A DNA stretch of 64,000 bases from an uncultured Gemmatimonadales bacterium. GTDB lineage: Bacteria > Gemmatimonadota > Gemmatimonadetes > Gemmatimonadales > GWC2-71-9. The stretch lies in the NCBI GenBank assembly GCA_963828735.1, contig CAWHFW010000004.1:1-64000 (forward strand), given 5' to 3'. The stretch's first letter is position 1, and every line of letters begins with the position of its first letter. A program made the position numbers and the translations under genes. This document shows, piece by piece, positions 29,007-37,984 of this stretch. The notes beneath the pieces were generated by a model that had not been told where the DNA came from, did no database searches, and saw only the letters and a list, made by a program, of their open reading frames with translations.

Positions 29007-30583
29007 GACGGCTCGAACTCGTACTCGACGGGCTCGGTGCGCTGGTGGGAGCGCGCTTGCGTCTGTGGCGATGGGACGGTCGCGCGCTCAGGATCGCGGC
29101 CGGACCGGACCCGGGCCAGGCGCCGGCCCCACCGCGGACCGCGGGGCTGACGCCCACCCCCCGGGGCACGGTCTGGCTCGAGCCGGTGAGCGAGGTCGAG
29201 GGATTCTGGCTCGAGCTGAGCGGTGTGTCCGAGGCCGAGCTCTCCGCCGCCGCCGAACGACTGCTGCCGCTGGTCGGCGCGCTGCTCGACGCGGAACGGC
29301 AACGCGCGTTTCTCGCGGAAGAGCTGACCAGCCGGTACGAGGAGATCGACCTGCTCTACGCGATCAGCGAGATCCTCGGACAGACCGTGCGCCTCGAGGA
29401 GGCCACGCAGACCATCGCGCGCGAAGTGAGCACCGTGGTGGGCGCGCGGCGCGCGTCGATCATGGTGTTCGACGAGGGCGCCGGCGTGCTCCGCACCGTC
29501 GCGGCGCGCGGGTTCGGGCTGGATGGCCTCATGCCGGTGCCGGTGGATGACGACTGCTCCGTGGCGGCGAAGGTCTATCGGGAACGGCGGGTCGTCGCGT
29601 ACGACCCATCCCTGTCGGACAGCGGACCGGCCGACTGTGGCGAGACGCGGGGATACCGGGGACAGGCGTTCCTCAGCGTGCCCATCTGCTACGGCGCGCC
29701 CGGATCGCCGCTCCGATGCGTCGGGGTGATCAACCTGACCGACCGGCTCGGCGGCGACCGGTTCACGCTCACCGATCGGAAGCTCGTCACCGCGGTCGCC
29801 AATCAGATCGGGGCGGCGGTGGAGAACGTCCGGCTGGTCGAGCGGGACATGGCGCAGCAGCGGCTTCGGCATGAGCTCGAGCTCGCGCACGACCTCCAGC
29901 TCAAACTGCTCCCCTCGCCCGCGGTGCTGCAGGGCGACGCCGAGGTGGCGGCCCGCTGCTATCCGGCGGATTCGGTGGGCGGCGACTTCTACACGTTCTC
30001 GCGTCTGGGCCGCGGCCGCGTGGGCGTCATGCTGGGGGACGTGGCCTCGCACGGCTTCTCCGCCGCCCTCGTGATGGCGCTCGTGATGTCGGCGGCGGGC
30101 ATCCACGCGGCGGCCTCCGTGACGCCCGACGAGACGCTCAGCGCGCTGCTCGAGAGTCTGGGCACCGAGCTCACCTCGACCGAGATGTACTTCAGCGTGT
30201 TCTACGGCGTGCTCGATCCGCTCACCGGCCGATTGTCGTACGCCAATGCCGGACATCCGTACGCGTTCCGCGTGCCTCGCTTCGGAGATCCCGAGCGGCT
30301 CGAGGCCACCGCGCCGCCGCTCGGCCTCGCGACGGTGGGCAGCATTCGACGGCGCCAGGTCCCCTGGTCCATCGACCACGATCTGCTCGTGCTCTGGACC
30401 GACGGTCTGGTGGACGCCCGAAACGCGGCTGGCGAGCCGTTCGGCGAACAACGGCTGCTCGACAGCGTCTGCGCCCGGCGGACGGACGCGCCCGAGGCGA
30501 TCGTGCAGGCGGTGCTCGACGAGGCGGAGGCGTTCGGCGCGCAGCCGATTGACGATCGGACGCTGCTGATCATGCGGATCTGA
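28982..30583 (+). CDS. GAF + SpoIIE/PP2C Ser phosphatase (RsbU-like)
   Basis: GAF domain, VGGDFY, GDVASHG, YANAGH, TDGLVDA, DDRTLL. Start uncertain (CTG 28982, or read-through from RsbW). Confidence 0.88.
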   Translation: MHDTAPSVGRLELVLDGLGALVGARLRLWRWDGRALRIAAGPDPGQAPAPPRTAGLTPTPRGTVWLEPVSEVEGFWLELSGVSEAELSAAAERLLPLVGALLDAERQRAFLAEELTSRYEEIDLLYAISEILGQTVRLEEATQTIAREVSTVVGARRASIMVFDEGAGVLRTVAARGFGLDGLMPVPVDDDCSVAAKVYRERRVVAYDPSLSDSGPADCGETRGYRGQAFLSVPICYGAPGSPLRCVGVINLTDRLGGDRFTLTDRKLVTAVANQIGAAVENVRLVERDMAQQRLRHELELAHDLQLKLLPSPAVLQGDAEVAARCYPADSVGGDFYTFSRLGRGRVGVMLGDVASHGFSAALVMALVMSAAGIHAAASVTPDETLSALLESLGTELTSTEMYFSVFYGVLDPLTGRLSYANAGHPYAFRVPRFGDPERLEATAPPLGLATVGSIRRRQVPWSIDHDLLVLWTDGLVDARNAAGEPFGEQRLLDSVCARRTDAPEAIVQAVLDEAEAFGAQPIDDRTLLIMRI

Positions 30584-31386
30584 TGGCGCCCCGGGCCAAG
30601 CGCCGCCTGGGCCAGCATTTTCTCACCGATCGCCGGCTCCTGGGCCGCATCGCGGATGGGGTGGAGGCCGGGCCCGACGATACGGTGCTCGAGATCGGCC
30701 CGGGACCCGGAGGGCTCACGGAGGCGCTCGCCGCACGGGCCGGGCGGCTCGTCGCGATCGAGAAGGATCGCGATCTGGTCCCGGCGCTCCGGCACCGGTT
30801 TCCCTCGGCGACCATCGTCGAGGGCGATGCGCTCGACCTCGACTGGCGCGCGCTCGCGGGCGAGCGGTTCCTGGTCGCCGGCAACATCCCCTACAACATC
30901 ACCTCGCCGCTCATCGACAAGGCGCTCGAGCTTCCGCCGCCCGCGAGGATCGTGTTTCTGGTCCAGAAGGAGGTCGCCGAGCGGGTGACGGCGCGCGCGG
31001 GCACCGCGGCGTATGGGGCGCTCACCGTGGGCGTTCAATCCGTGGCCCGGGCCGAGCGCCTCTTCACTGTCCCGGCCGGCGCGTTCCATCCCCGGCCGAA
31101 GGTGGACTCGGCGGTGCTGCGCCTCACCCCGCTCGAGGAACCGATCGTCGCGGCGGCGGAGCAGGGCGTCTTCCGGCGGATGGTGGTCGGGCTGTTCGGC
31201 TTTCGGCGCAAGCAGATGGCGCGCGCCGTTCGCGAGCTCACCGGCTGGGAGGCGGAGCGGGCCGTAGCGGCGCTCACGCGCGCGGCCGTCGCGCTCGAGT
31301 GCGCCCCGAGGTGCTCGAGCCCGTGGCGTTCCTCCGGCTGCTGCGAGCGCTCGTTGACGGGGGTGGTCACCGCGGTAGCTTTGTGA
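30583..31386 (+). CDS. rsmA: 16S rRNA dimethyladenosine transferase (C-terminus frameshifted as given)
   Basis: KRRLGQHFL, LEIGPGPG, GNIPYNITS, QKEVAER, PRPKVDS. The RPEVL tail is in another frame after ~31299. Confidence 0.92.
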   Translation: MAPRAKRRLGQHFLTDRRLLGRIADGVEAGPDDTVLEIGPGPGGLTEALAARAGRLVAIEKDRDLVPALRHRFPSATIVEGDALDLDWRALAGERFLVAGNIPYNITSPLIDKALELPPPARIVFLVQKEVAERVTARAGTAAYGALTVGVQSVARAERLFTVPAGAFHPRPKVDSAVLRLTPLEEPIVAAAEQGVFRRMVVGLFGFRRKQMARAVRELTGWEAERAVAALTRAAVALECAPRCSSPWRSSGCCERSLTGVVTAVAL

Positions 31387-31398
31387 AATGTTTCACAA
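31354..31398 (+). promoter_or_regulatory. rex promoter with Rex operator (ROP)
   Basis: TTGACG (31354), TAGCTT (31376) and perfect TTGTGAA-ATGT-TTCACAA (31381-31398). Confidence 0.9.
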
Positions 31399-31409
31399 CA
31401 ATACCCGCC

Positions 31410-32030
31410 ATGCGTAAGGTCGCGGATTCCACGGTTCGCCGCCTGTCGCTCTACCTGCGCTTTCTCGAGGAGTTCGAGGGCCAGGGCATCGGCACGGTGA
31501 GCTCGGGCGCGCTCGCGTCCCGCGGCAGCACCACGTCGGCCCAGGTTCGGAAGGACCTCTCGTTCTTCGGATCGTTCGGCAAGCGCGGCCTCGGCTATCC
31601 GGTGCCCGCGCTGGCTGACCGCCTGCGCGAGATCCTGGGCCTCAAGCAGCGCTATCAGGTCGCGCTCATCGGGGCGGGGAAGATCGGGAGCGCGCTGGTC
31701 CAGTATCGCGGATTCCGGCAGCGGGGCTTCGACATCGTCGCCATCTTCGACAGCGATCCGGCCAAGATCGGCCGGCAGTGGAACGGCCTCACGATCCTCG
31801 ACATCGGACAGCTCGAGTCCGAGTTCGCCCGCCGACGCATGGACATGGCCGTCCTCGTGACGCCCGCGGAGGCCGCGCAGGCGGTCGCCGAGCGGTTGAT
31901 CAGGCTGGGCGTGAAGGCGATTCTCAACTTTGCGCCCGTGCAGCTCGTGGTGCCGGACGACGTAGTGGTCAAGACCGTCAACCTCGCGCTCGAGCTCGAG
32001 ACGCTCAGCTACGCGCTCGCGAACCGCTGA
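31410..32030 (+). CDS. rex: Redox-sensing transcriptional repressor Rex
   Basis: TVRRLSLYLR, QVRKDLSFFGSFGKRGLGY, IGAGKIG, AILNFAP. Confidence 0.97.
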   Translation: MRKVADSTVRRLSLYLRFLEEFEGQGIGTVSSGALASRGSTTSAQVRKDLSFFGSFGKRGLGYPVPALADRLREILGLKQRYQVALIGAGKIGSALVQYRGFRQRGFDIVAIFDSDPAKIGRQWNGLTILDIGQLESEFARRRMDMAVLVTPAEAAQAVAERLIRLGVKAILNFAPVQLVVPDDVVVKTVNLALELETLSYALANR

Positions 32031-32115
32031 GTCGAGCGCCGTCGGCGCACTCCCGCTCGTCGCCCGACCTCATCCCGCGTCAACTCAAGGTTTCGACCGA
32101 TCGTCCGGAGCGTTC

Positions 32116-33798
32116 ATGCGACTCCCGTGGATGATGGTGTGCGGCCTGCTCGCCACGGCGCCCGGCGCGCTGCACGCGCAGGACGACACCTACGACCTCC
32201 TGATCCGGAACGGACGCATCATCGACGGCACCGGCTCGCCGTGGTATGCCGGGGACGTGGGCATCCGGGATGGCCGGATCGCCGCGATCGGCATGCTGCA
32301 AGGCGCGGCGGCCCGGCAGACGGTCGACGCCGAGGGCCTGGTCGTCGCGCCGGGATTCATCGACATGCTCGGGCAGTCGGAGCAGACCATCCTGGTCAAT
32401 CCGAGCGTCCCATCCAAGATCTTCCAGGGTATAACGACCGAGATCACCGGCGAGGGAGGCTCCGCGGGCCCGCTCAACGACTCGATCATCGCGGCCGACC
32501 GCGCCAGTTACGACCACTACGGGATCACGCCCGATTGGCGGACGCTCGGTGGGTTCTTCGCCCGCCTCGAGAAGCAGGGGATCGGGATCAACGTCGCGAG
32601 CTACGTCGGAGCCACGCAGGTGCGCCGCATGGTGCTGGGCGACCGTGACGTGCAGCCCACGCCGGACGAGCTGGACCGCATGAAGGCCCTGGTCCGGGAT
32701 GCCATGCGCGAGGGAGCGGTGGGCGTCTCGACCGCGCTCCAGTATCCACCGGCACCCTACGCGCGCACCGAGGAGCTGATCGCGCTGGCACGGGAGGCCG
32801 CGGCGCTCGGCGGCGGGTACGCGACGCACATGCGCTCCGAGGGCGCCGAGATCAACGCGGCCCTCGACGAGACGATCCGGATTGGGCGGGAGGCGCGGAT
32901 CCCCGTCGAGATCTGGCACCTCAAGGTGTCGGGCAAGCAGAACTGGGGGAGAATGGCGGCCGTCGTCGCCAAGATCGACTCGGCGCGGAAGGCCGGAGTG
33001 GACATCGCGGCGGACACGTACGCCTACCCGGCCTGGTACAACTCGATGTCGGCGTTCATCCCGCCCTGGGTGAGCGACGGCGGCAGCGAGAAGCTGATCG
33101 AGCGGCTCCAGGACCCGGCGGTGCGCCGCCGCGTCCGCCGTGAGATGCTCGATCCCAAGGGCCACTGGGACAACGAGTGGCAGGAGATCCCGGGACCGTC
33201 CAGCGTGCTGATCGGCTCGGTTCAGAATCCGACGCTGGAGAAGTACCTCGGGAAGACCCTGGCCCAGGTCGCCGCGGAGCGACGGACCGACGCGATCGAC
33301 GCGCTGTTCGACGTGCTGATCGCGGACCGGGCGTACACCAGCGTCGCCGTGTTCGGCATGTCGGAGCCGGACATCGCCCTGGCGCTCAAGCAGCCGTGGG
33401 TTTCGATCGACAACGACTCGCAGGGGACATCGCCCGATGGAGTGCTCGGCCGGGAGCATCCGCATCCCCGGGCATACGGGACGTTCCCCCGCATTCTCCG
33501 GAAGTACGTGCGGGAGACATCGCTCCTCACGCTCGAGGACGCGATCCGCAAGTTCAGTTCCCTTCCCGCGCAGCGCATGCGCCTCGGCGACCGCGGCGTG
33601 CTCAAGGCGGGCATGTGGGCGGACGTCGTGGTGTTCGATCCGGCACGCGTGCGCGACAAGGCCACCTTCGCCGAGCCCAACCAGCTCTCGGAGGGAATGC
33701 GGTGGGTGCTGGTGAATGGCATTCCGGTGATCGCCGACGGCCAGGCGACCGGCGCGTTGCCGGGGCGGGTGCTGCGTGGAGCGGGGTGGCAGCGGTGA
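32116..33798 (+). CDS. Exported N-acyl-D-amino-acid deacylase family amidohydrolase
   Basis: Signal peptide, IIDGTG, VAPGFID, THMRSE, HPRAYGTFPR, GMWADVVVFD. Confidence 0.88.
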   Translation: MRLPWMMVCGLLATAPGALHAQDDTYDLLIRNGRIIDGTGSPWYAGDVGIRDGRIAAIGMLQGAAARQTVDAEGLVVAPGFIDMLGQSEQTILVNPSVPSKIFQGITTEITGEGGSAGPLNDSIIAADRASYDHYGITPDWRTLGGFFARLEKQGIGINVASYVGATQVRRMVLGDRDVQPTPDELDRMKALVRDAMREGAVGVSTALQYPPAPYARTEELIALAREAAALGGGYATHMRSEGAEINAALDETIRIGREARIPVEIWHLKVSGKQNWGRMAAVVAKIDSARKAGVDIAADTYAYPAWYNSMSAFIPPWVSDGGSEKLIERLQDPAVRRRVRREMLDPKGHWDNEWQEIPGPSSVLIGSVQNPTLEKYLGKTLAQVAAERRTDAIDALFDVLIADRAYTSVAVFGMSEPDIALALKQPWVSIDNDSQGTSPDGVLGREHPHPRAYGTFPRILRKYVRETSLLTLEDAIRKFSSLPAQRMRLGDRGVLKAGMWADVVVFDPARVRDKATFAEPNQLSEGMRWVLVNGIPVIADGQATGALPGRVLRGAGWQR

Positions 33799-33862
33799 CG
33801 CACGGGCGGACGGCCCGGCAGTCCTACTAGCCGCGCCCACTCCGCCCCCGATAGTTTCCCGT

Positions 33863-35092
33863 ATGCTCGTCGATGTGACCTCGGAAATCGGTCCGCTCCA
33901 GACCGTACTGGTGCATACGCCCGGTCCGGAGCTCGAGGCGGTCACGCCCGGGAATCGCGAAGACTACCTGTACGACGACATCATCGACCTCGAGATCGCG
34001 CAGAAGGAGCACCGGCAGTTCGTGTCGGTGCTGCGCCGATTCGCGACGGTCCTCCAGGTACGCGACCTCCTGGCCGAGGTGCTGGCGCAGCCGGCGGCGC
34101 GGGACTTCCTCATCACCAAGACGATGGACGTGGTCGCGTCGGACGAGATCGCGCAACGCCTGGGCACGCTGCCGGCCGGTCAGATCGTCGAGATGCTGAT
34201 CGAAGGGACCCGCGAGGAGAGCGGTCCGCTGGCCCAGGCGCTCAACGAGGTCGGCTTCGCCCTGCCGCCGCTGCCCAACCTCTTCTTCCCCCGTGACGTC
34301 GGCATGGTGATCGGCCGCCAGGTGGTGGTGGGTTCCATGCGGTACGACGTCCGCTGGACCGAGGAGCTCCTCGTCAAGGCGCTGTTCACCTTTCATCCGG
34401 AGCTCGCCAACGAGGGCCTGCTGTACGACGGCTCGGAGGAGCGCCGCAGCAACTACACGCTCGAGGGCGGGGACGTCCACTACCTGCGTCCCGACCTCCT
34501 GGTGCTCGGCTTCAGCGAGCGCACCTCACCCGCGGCGCTGGACGAGCTGTGCGACACGGTGTTCGCGCAGGGCGCGGTCACCGACATCGTCGTGGTGGTG
34601 ATGCCCAAGGCGCCGACGGCGATCCACCTCGACATGATCTTCACCCACGTGGACCGGGAGCTCTGCGTCATCTATCCGCCGTACTTCGTCGGACCCGAGC
34701 GGCTGCCCGTGCTCCATCGCCGGAAAGGGGAGGCCACCGTTCGCGAGATGCCGAACCTGTTCGAGGCGCTGCGGGACGTGGGGCTTCCGATGGAGCCGGT
34801 GTTCGCCGGGGGCCAGCACCGGACCAGCCAGGAGCGCGAGCAGTGGAGCTCGGCGTGCAACTTCCTGGCGGTCCGCCCCGGCACGATCATCAGCTACCGC
34901 CGGAACGACGCCACGTTGTGCGAGCTGCAGACGGCGGGATTCCGGGTGGTCCCCGCCGTCAATTTCCTGGCCTTCGACGACTGGACCGATGCCAAGCACC
35001 GCACCGTGATCACCATCGAGGGGGCCGAGCTCGCCCGCGGGGGCGGAGGCCCGCGCTGCATGTCGCTCCCGCTCCGGCGGGCCGCGCCGTGA
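33863..35092 (+). CDS. arcA: Arginine deiminase
   Basis: SEIGPL, YLYDDI, LPNLFFPRD, LEGGD, HLD, GGGGPRCMS. Confidence 0.9.
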   Translation: MLVDVTSEIGPLQTVLVHTPGPELEAVTPGNREDYLYDDIIDLEIAQKEHRQFVSVLRRFATVLQVRDLLAEVLAQPAARDFLITKTMDVVASDEIAQRLGTLPAGQIVEMLIEGTREESGPLAQALNEVGFALPPLPNLFFPRDVGMVIGRQVVVGSMRYDVRWTEELLVKALFTFHPELANEGLLYDGSEERRSNYTLEGGDVHYLRPDLLVLGFSERTSPAALDELCDTVFAQGAVTDIVVVVMPKAPTAIHLDMIFTHVDRELCVIYPPYFVGPERLPVLHRRKGEATVREMPNLFEALRDVGLPMEPVFAGGQHRTSQEREQWSSACNFLAVRPGTIISYRRNDATLCELQTAGFRVVPAVNFLAFDDWTDAKHRTVITIEGAELARGGGGPRCMSLPLRRAAP

Positions 35093-35964
35093 CCGGTCTG
35101 TCGGCGCACCCCGAGAGCACCCTCCTCGAGCGCGTGCTCATCACGCTGCGCGAGGAACCTCGAGCGGCAGCCACGCTGTGTCACCGGATCCTCGGACTGC
35201 CGGGCGCGCAGGAGGCGGTGTGCGAGCGGATTGCCATCGCGCTGCTGGGCGCGGATCCCCGGGTTCGGCAGCTCACCGACGGACGATGGGCCCTCGTGCC
35301 CGAGGCCCAAGGGTCGCCGCTGCTCGACGAGTGCGCGTTCGCGGTAGTGGACGTCGAGACCACGGGGATGCGCGCGGGCGAGACCGACCGGATTACCGAG
35401 ATCGCCGTGGTCGTCGTGCGCGGCGGGCGCCGCGAGGTGGTCTTCGAGTCCCTGGTGAACCCGGGCCGGCCCATTCCACCGGCCATCTGTGCCATCACGA
35501 ACATCACCAACGAGATGGTCCAGGCGGCGCCCACCTTCGCCGAGGTGGCGGACCAGGTGCTGGCGGCGCTGGCCGGCCGCGTGTTCGTGGCCCACAACGC
35601 CCGCTTCGACTGGAACTTCCTCAGCGCCGAGGTCCGCCGCGCGCGCGACCTGGCGCTCGATGGTCCGCGCCTCTGCACCGTGCGCCTCGCCCGGCGGCTG
35701 GTGAAGGGCGTGCGCTCGTGCGGGCTCGACAACCTCACCCAGCATTTCGGATTCGACAATCCCGCGCGCCACCGCGCCACGGGCGACGCCCTCGTCACGG
35801 CGGATCTGCTGGTCCGGTTGCTCCGGCTCGCGCACGAGGAGGGCGCCCGGACGCTGCAGGACCTCGCGGCCATCGCCGCGCGGCGGACGGCTCGGGCGCG
35901 CCGGAAGCGGCTGGCCATGCCGACCCCGCCGATGGCGGATTCCGCGCCCGAGGGCGCCGCCTAG
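35089..35964 (+). CDS. DEDDh 3'-5' exonuclease (DnaQ/PolC-like)
   Basis: VVDVETTG, VAHNARFD, HRATGDA, N-terminal extension. Confidence 0.88.
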   Translation: MTGLSAHPESTLLERVLITLREEPRAAATLCHRILGLPGAQEAVCERIAIALLGADPRVRQLTDGRWALVPEAQGSPLLDECAFAVVDVETTGMRAGETDRITEIAVVVVRGGRREVVFESLVNPGRPIPPAICAITNITNEMVQAAPTFAEVADQVLAALAGRVFVAHNARFDWNFLSAEVRRARDLALDGPRLCTVRLARRLVKGVRSCGLDNLTQHFGFDNPARHRATGDALVTADLLVRLLRLAHEEGARTLQDLAAIAARRTARARRKRLAMPTPPMADSAPEGAA

Positions 35965-35977
35965 TAGATTCGATCCC

Positions 35978-36904
35978 ATGTCTCTCGCACGCGCGTTCAC
36001 CGTCGGTGGCTTCCGCTGCCACACGCTCGAGGCCGGCCTGCAGCGCCTCGACGGCGGCGCCATGTTCGGGGTCGTGCCGCGTCCGCTGTGGGAGACGCGC
36101 GCCGCGCCGGACGAGCGGCACCGCATCCCCCTCGCCATGCGGTGCCTGCTGGTCGAGCATCCCGAGGGACCCGTGCTGATCGATACCGGCCTCGGCAATA
36201 AGGAGGACCGCAAGTTCCTCGACATCTACGGCGTCGCGAACGGGGGGCTCGAGGGCGCCACCCAGCTCGAGGACGCGCTCGCGTCGGCCGGCTTCCTGCC
36301 GCGCGACGTGCGCTGGGTCATCAACACCCACCTCCATTTCGACCACGCCGGCGGCAACACCACGATCGATCCGGAGCTGGAGAACGACCCCCGGCGGCAC
36401 ATCCGCCCGAACTTTCCCAACGCGACATACGTGGTCCAGCGCGGAGAGCTCGAGTTCGCACGCCGCACCAACGAGCGCACCCGCGCGAGCTACCTGCCAG
36501 CCAACTTCGAGCCGGTGGCCGCCGCGCACCGCTGGCAGACCGTCGAGGGCGACGCGGAGATTCTGCCGGGGATCTCGGTTCGACTGACGCCCGGCCACGT
36601 CCCGTTCCATCAGTCGGTGGTGATCCAGGATCGCGGCGAGACCGCGCTGTTCCTGGCGGACCTGATCCCGACCACCGCCCACCTGCCGCTGCCCTGGATC
36701 ATGGGGTACGATCTCGAGCCGCTGCGCACGCTGGAGAGCAAGCGCGCCATGCTCCGGGACGCGGTCGCCGGCGGCTGGCGCCTCGTGTTCGAGCACGATC
36801 CGGCCGTCGCGTCGGGCGTGGTGGTGGCGGACGGGAAGGGGGTCAGGCTGGAGGAGGTGACCAGGGTGGAGGCCCCGGCGGCGGTCGAAAGCCACCGGGC
36901 GTAG
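35978..36904 (+). CDS. MBL-fold metallo-hydrolase
   Basis: LDGGAMFGVVP, THLHFDHAGG, TPGH, WIMGYD, EHD. Confidence 0.9.
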   Translation: MSLARAFTVGGFRCHTLEAGLQRLDGGAMFGVVPRPLWETRAAPDERHRIPLAMRCLLVEHPEGPVLIDTGLGNKEDRKFLDIYGVANGGLEGATQLEDALASAGFLPRDVRWVINTHLHFDHAGGNTTIDPELENDPRRHIRPNFPNATYVVQRGELEFARRTNERTRASYLPANFEPVAAAHRWQTVEGDAEILPGISVRLTPGHVPFHQSVVIQDRGETALFLADLIPTTAHLPLPWIMGYDLEPLRTLESKRAMLRDAVAGGWRLVFEHDPAVASGVVVADGKGVRLEEVTRVEAPAAVESHRA

Positions 36905-36973
36905 CCCGGGTCGCGATGCCGTAAGTCCCAAGATCCTACGACTTGCGCCGTGCGACCCCAGCCGGTCCTTCGG

Positions 36974-37002
36974 TTGACACACGACCCGGTCGCCGCTAGC
37001 TT
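36974..37002 (+). promoter_or_regulatory. Sigma70 promoter of infC operon
   Basis: TTGACA, 17 bp spacer, TAGCTT. Confidence 0.82.
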
Positions 37003-37008
37003 GCCCAC

Positions 37009-37199
37009 CTTGTTCAAGCGGGGAGGAGACTCCCCCACCCTCAGCCTGCCGGCCTGGTGCCGCAGCGCACCCGGGTCCCGGCAATCGCCGCCGATGGCAG
37101 GCCTCTGGCCGCCGCGGTCTGTGGCAATCGCGGGCACCCGATCTTCGAGAGGGTGCCCGTTCTGTTGTTGGTCTCACGTTTGGTCTGGAGGCGTGCCCA
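37009..37199 (+). ncRNA. Structured infC leader (L20-leader-like attenuator candidate)
   Basis: Terminator-like CGGGCACCC/GGGTGCCCG plus T-rich tail, a competing CACCCTC/GAGGGTG pairing, and position upstream of infC-rpmI-rplT. Confidence 0.55.
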
Positions 37200-37721
37200 C
37201 TGTCCACGAACGACCGCGACAAGCGAGTACGAGTGAATCGAATGATCCGCATCAGCCCGGTGCGGGTCATCACAGCCGCCGGCGAGCAGTTGGGCGTGCT
37301 TCCCATCGAAGAGGCACTCGCGGCGGCACAGGAACGCGGGCTGGATCTCGTGGAAGTGGCGCCGACCGCGCGGCCGCCCGTCGTCAAGATCATGGACTAC
37401 GGGAAGTTCAAGTTCGAAGAGGCCAAGGCGGCGCGGGCGGCCAAGAAGAAGCAGCACATCATCCAGCTGAAGGAAGTGAAATACCGTCCCGGCATCGATG
37501 ATCACGACTTCGAGTTCAAGACCCGCCACGCGCGGGAGTTTCTCGGAGACGGGAACAAGGTGAAGGTGACGATGATGTTCCGCGGCCGGCAGATCGCCCA
37601 CCTCGAGCTGGGCAAGGCCGTGCTGGACCGCGTGGCCACGAGCCTCGCGGACGTCGGGAAGATCGAATCCGACGCCAAGCTCGAAGGGCGCAACATGACG
37701 ATGGTCATCGCGCCCAAGTAG
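37200..37721 (+). CDS. infC: Translation initiation factor IF-3 (probable CTG start)
   Basis: [37 protein letters not shown] (37187-37191) 8 nt before in-frame CTG at 37200. Confidence 0.93.
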   Translation: MSTNDRDKRVRVNRMIRISPVRVITAAGEQLGVLPIEEALAAAQERGLDLVEVAPTARPPVVKIMDYGKFKFEEAKAARAAKKKQHIIQLKEVKYRPGIDDHDFEFKTRHAREFLGDGNKVKVTMMFRGRQIAHLELGKAVLDRVATSLADVGKIESDAKLEGRNMTMVIAPK

Positions 37722-37780
37722 GACGGAGACGACGGAGCAGACGGAGAGCCCCCTCTCCGCCGCCACCAGACGGGAGCACC

Positions 37781-37975
37781 ATGCCGAAGCAGAAGACGAA
37801 GCGCGCGGCCATGAAGCGCTTCAAGAGGACCGGGACCGGCAAGCTGAAGCGCTGGCATGCCAACCACAGCCACATCCTGACCAAGAAGGTCCGCAAGCGG
37901 AAGAACCGGCTCAAGAAGGGCGACCTCGTGAGCTCGGCGGACTTCCCGCGCGTCAATCGCCTTCTCCAGGCGTAA
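37781..37975 (+). CDS. rpmI: 50S ribosomal protein L35
   Basis: [21 protein letters not shown]. Confidence 0.96.
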   Translation: MPKQKTKRAAMKRFKRTGTGKLKRWHANHSHILTKKVRKRKNRLKKGDLVSSADFPRVNRLLQA

Positions 37976-37984
37976 GGAGCCACC

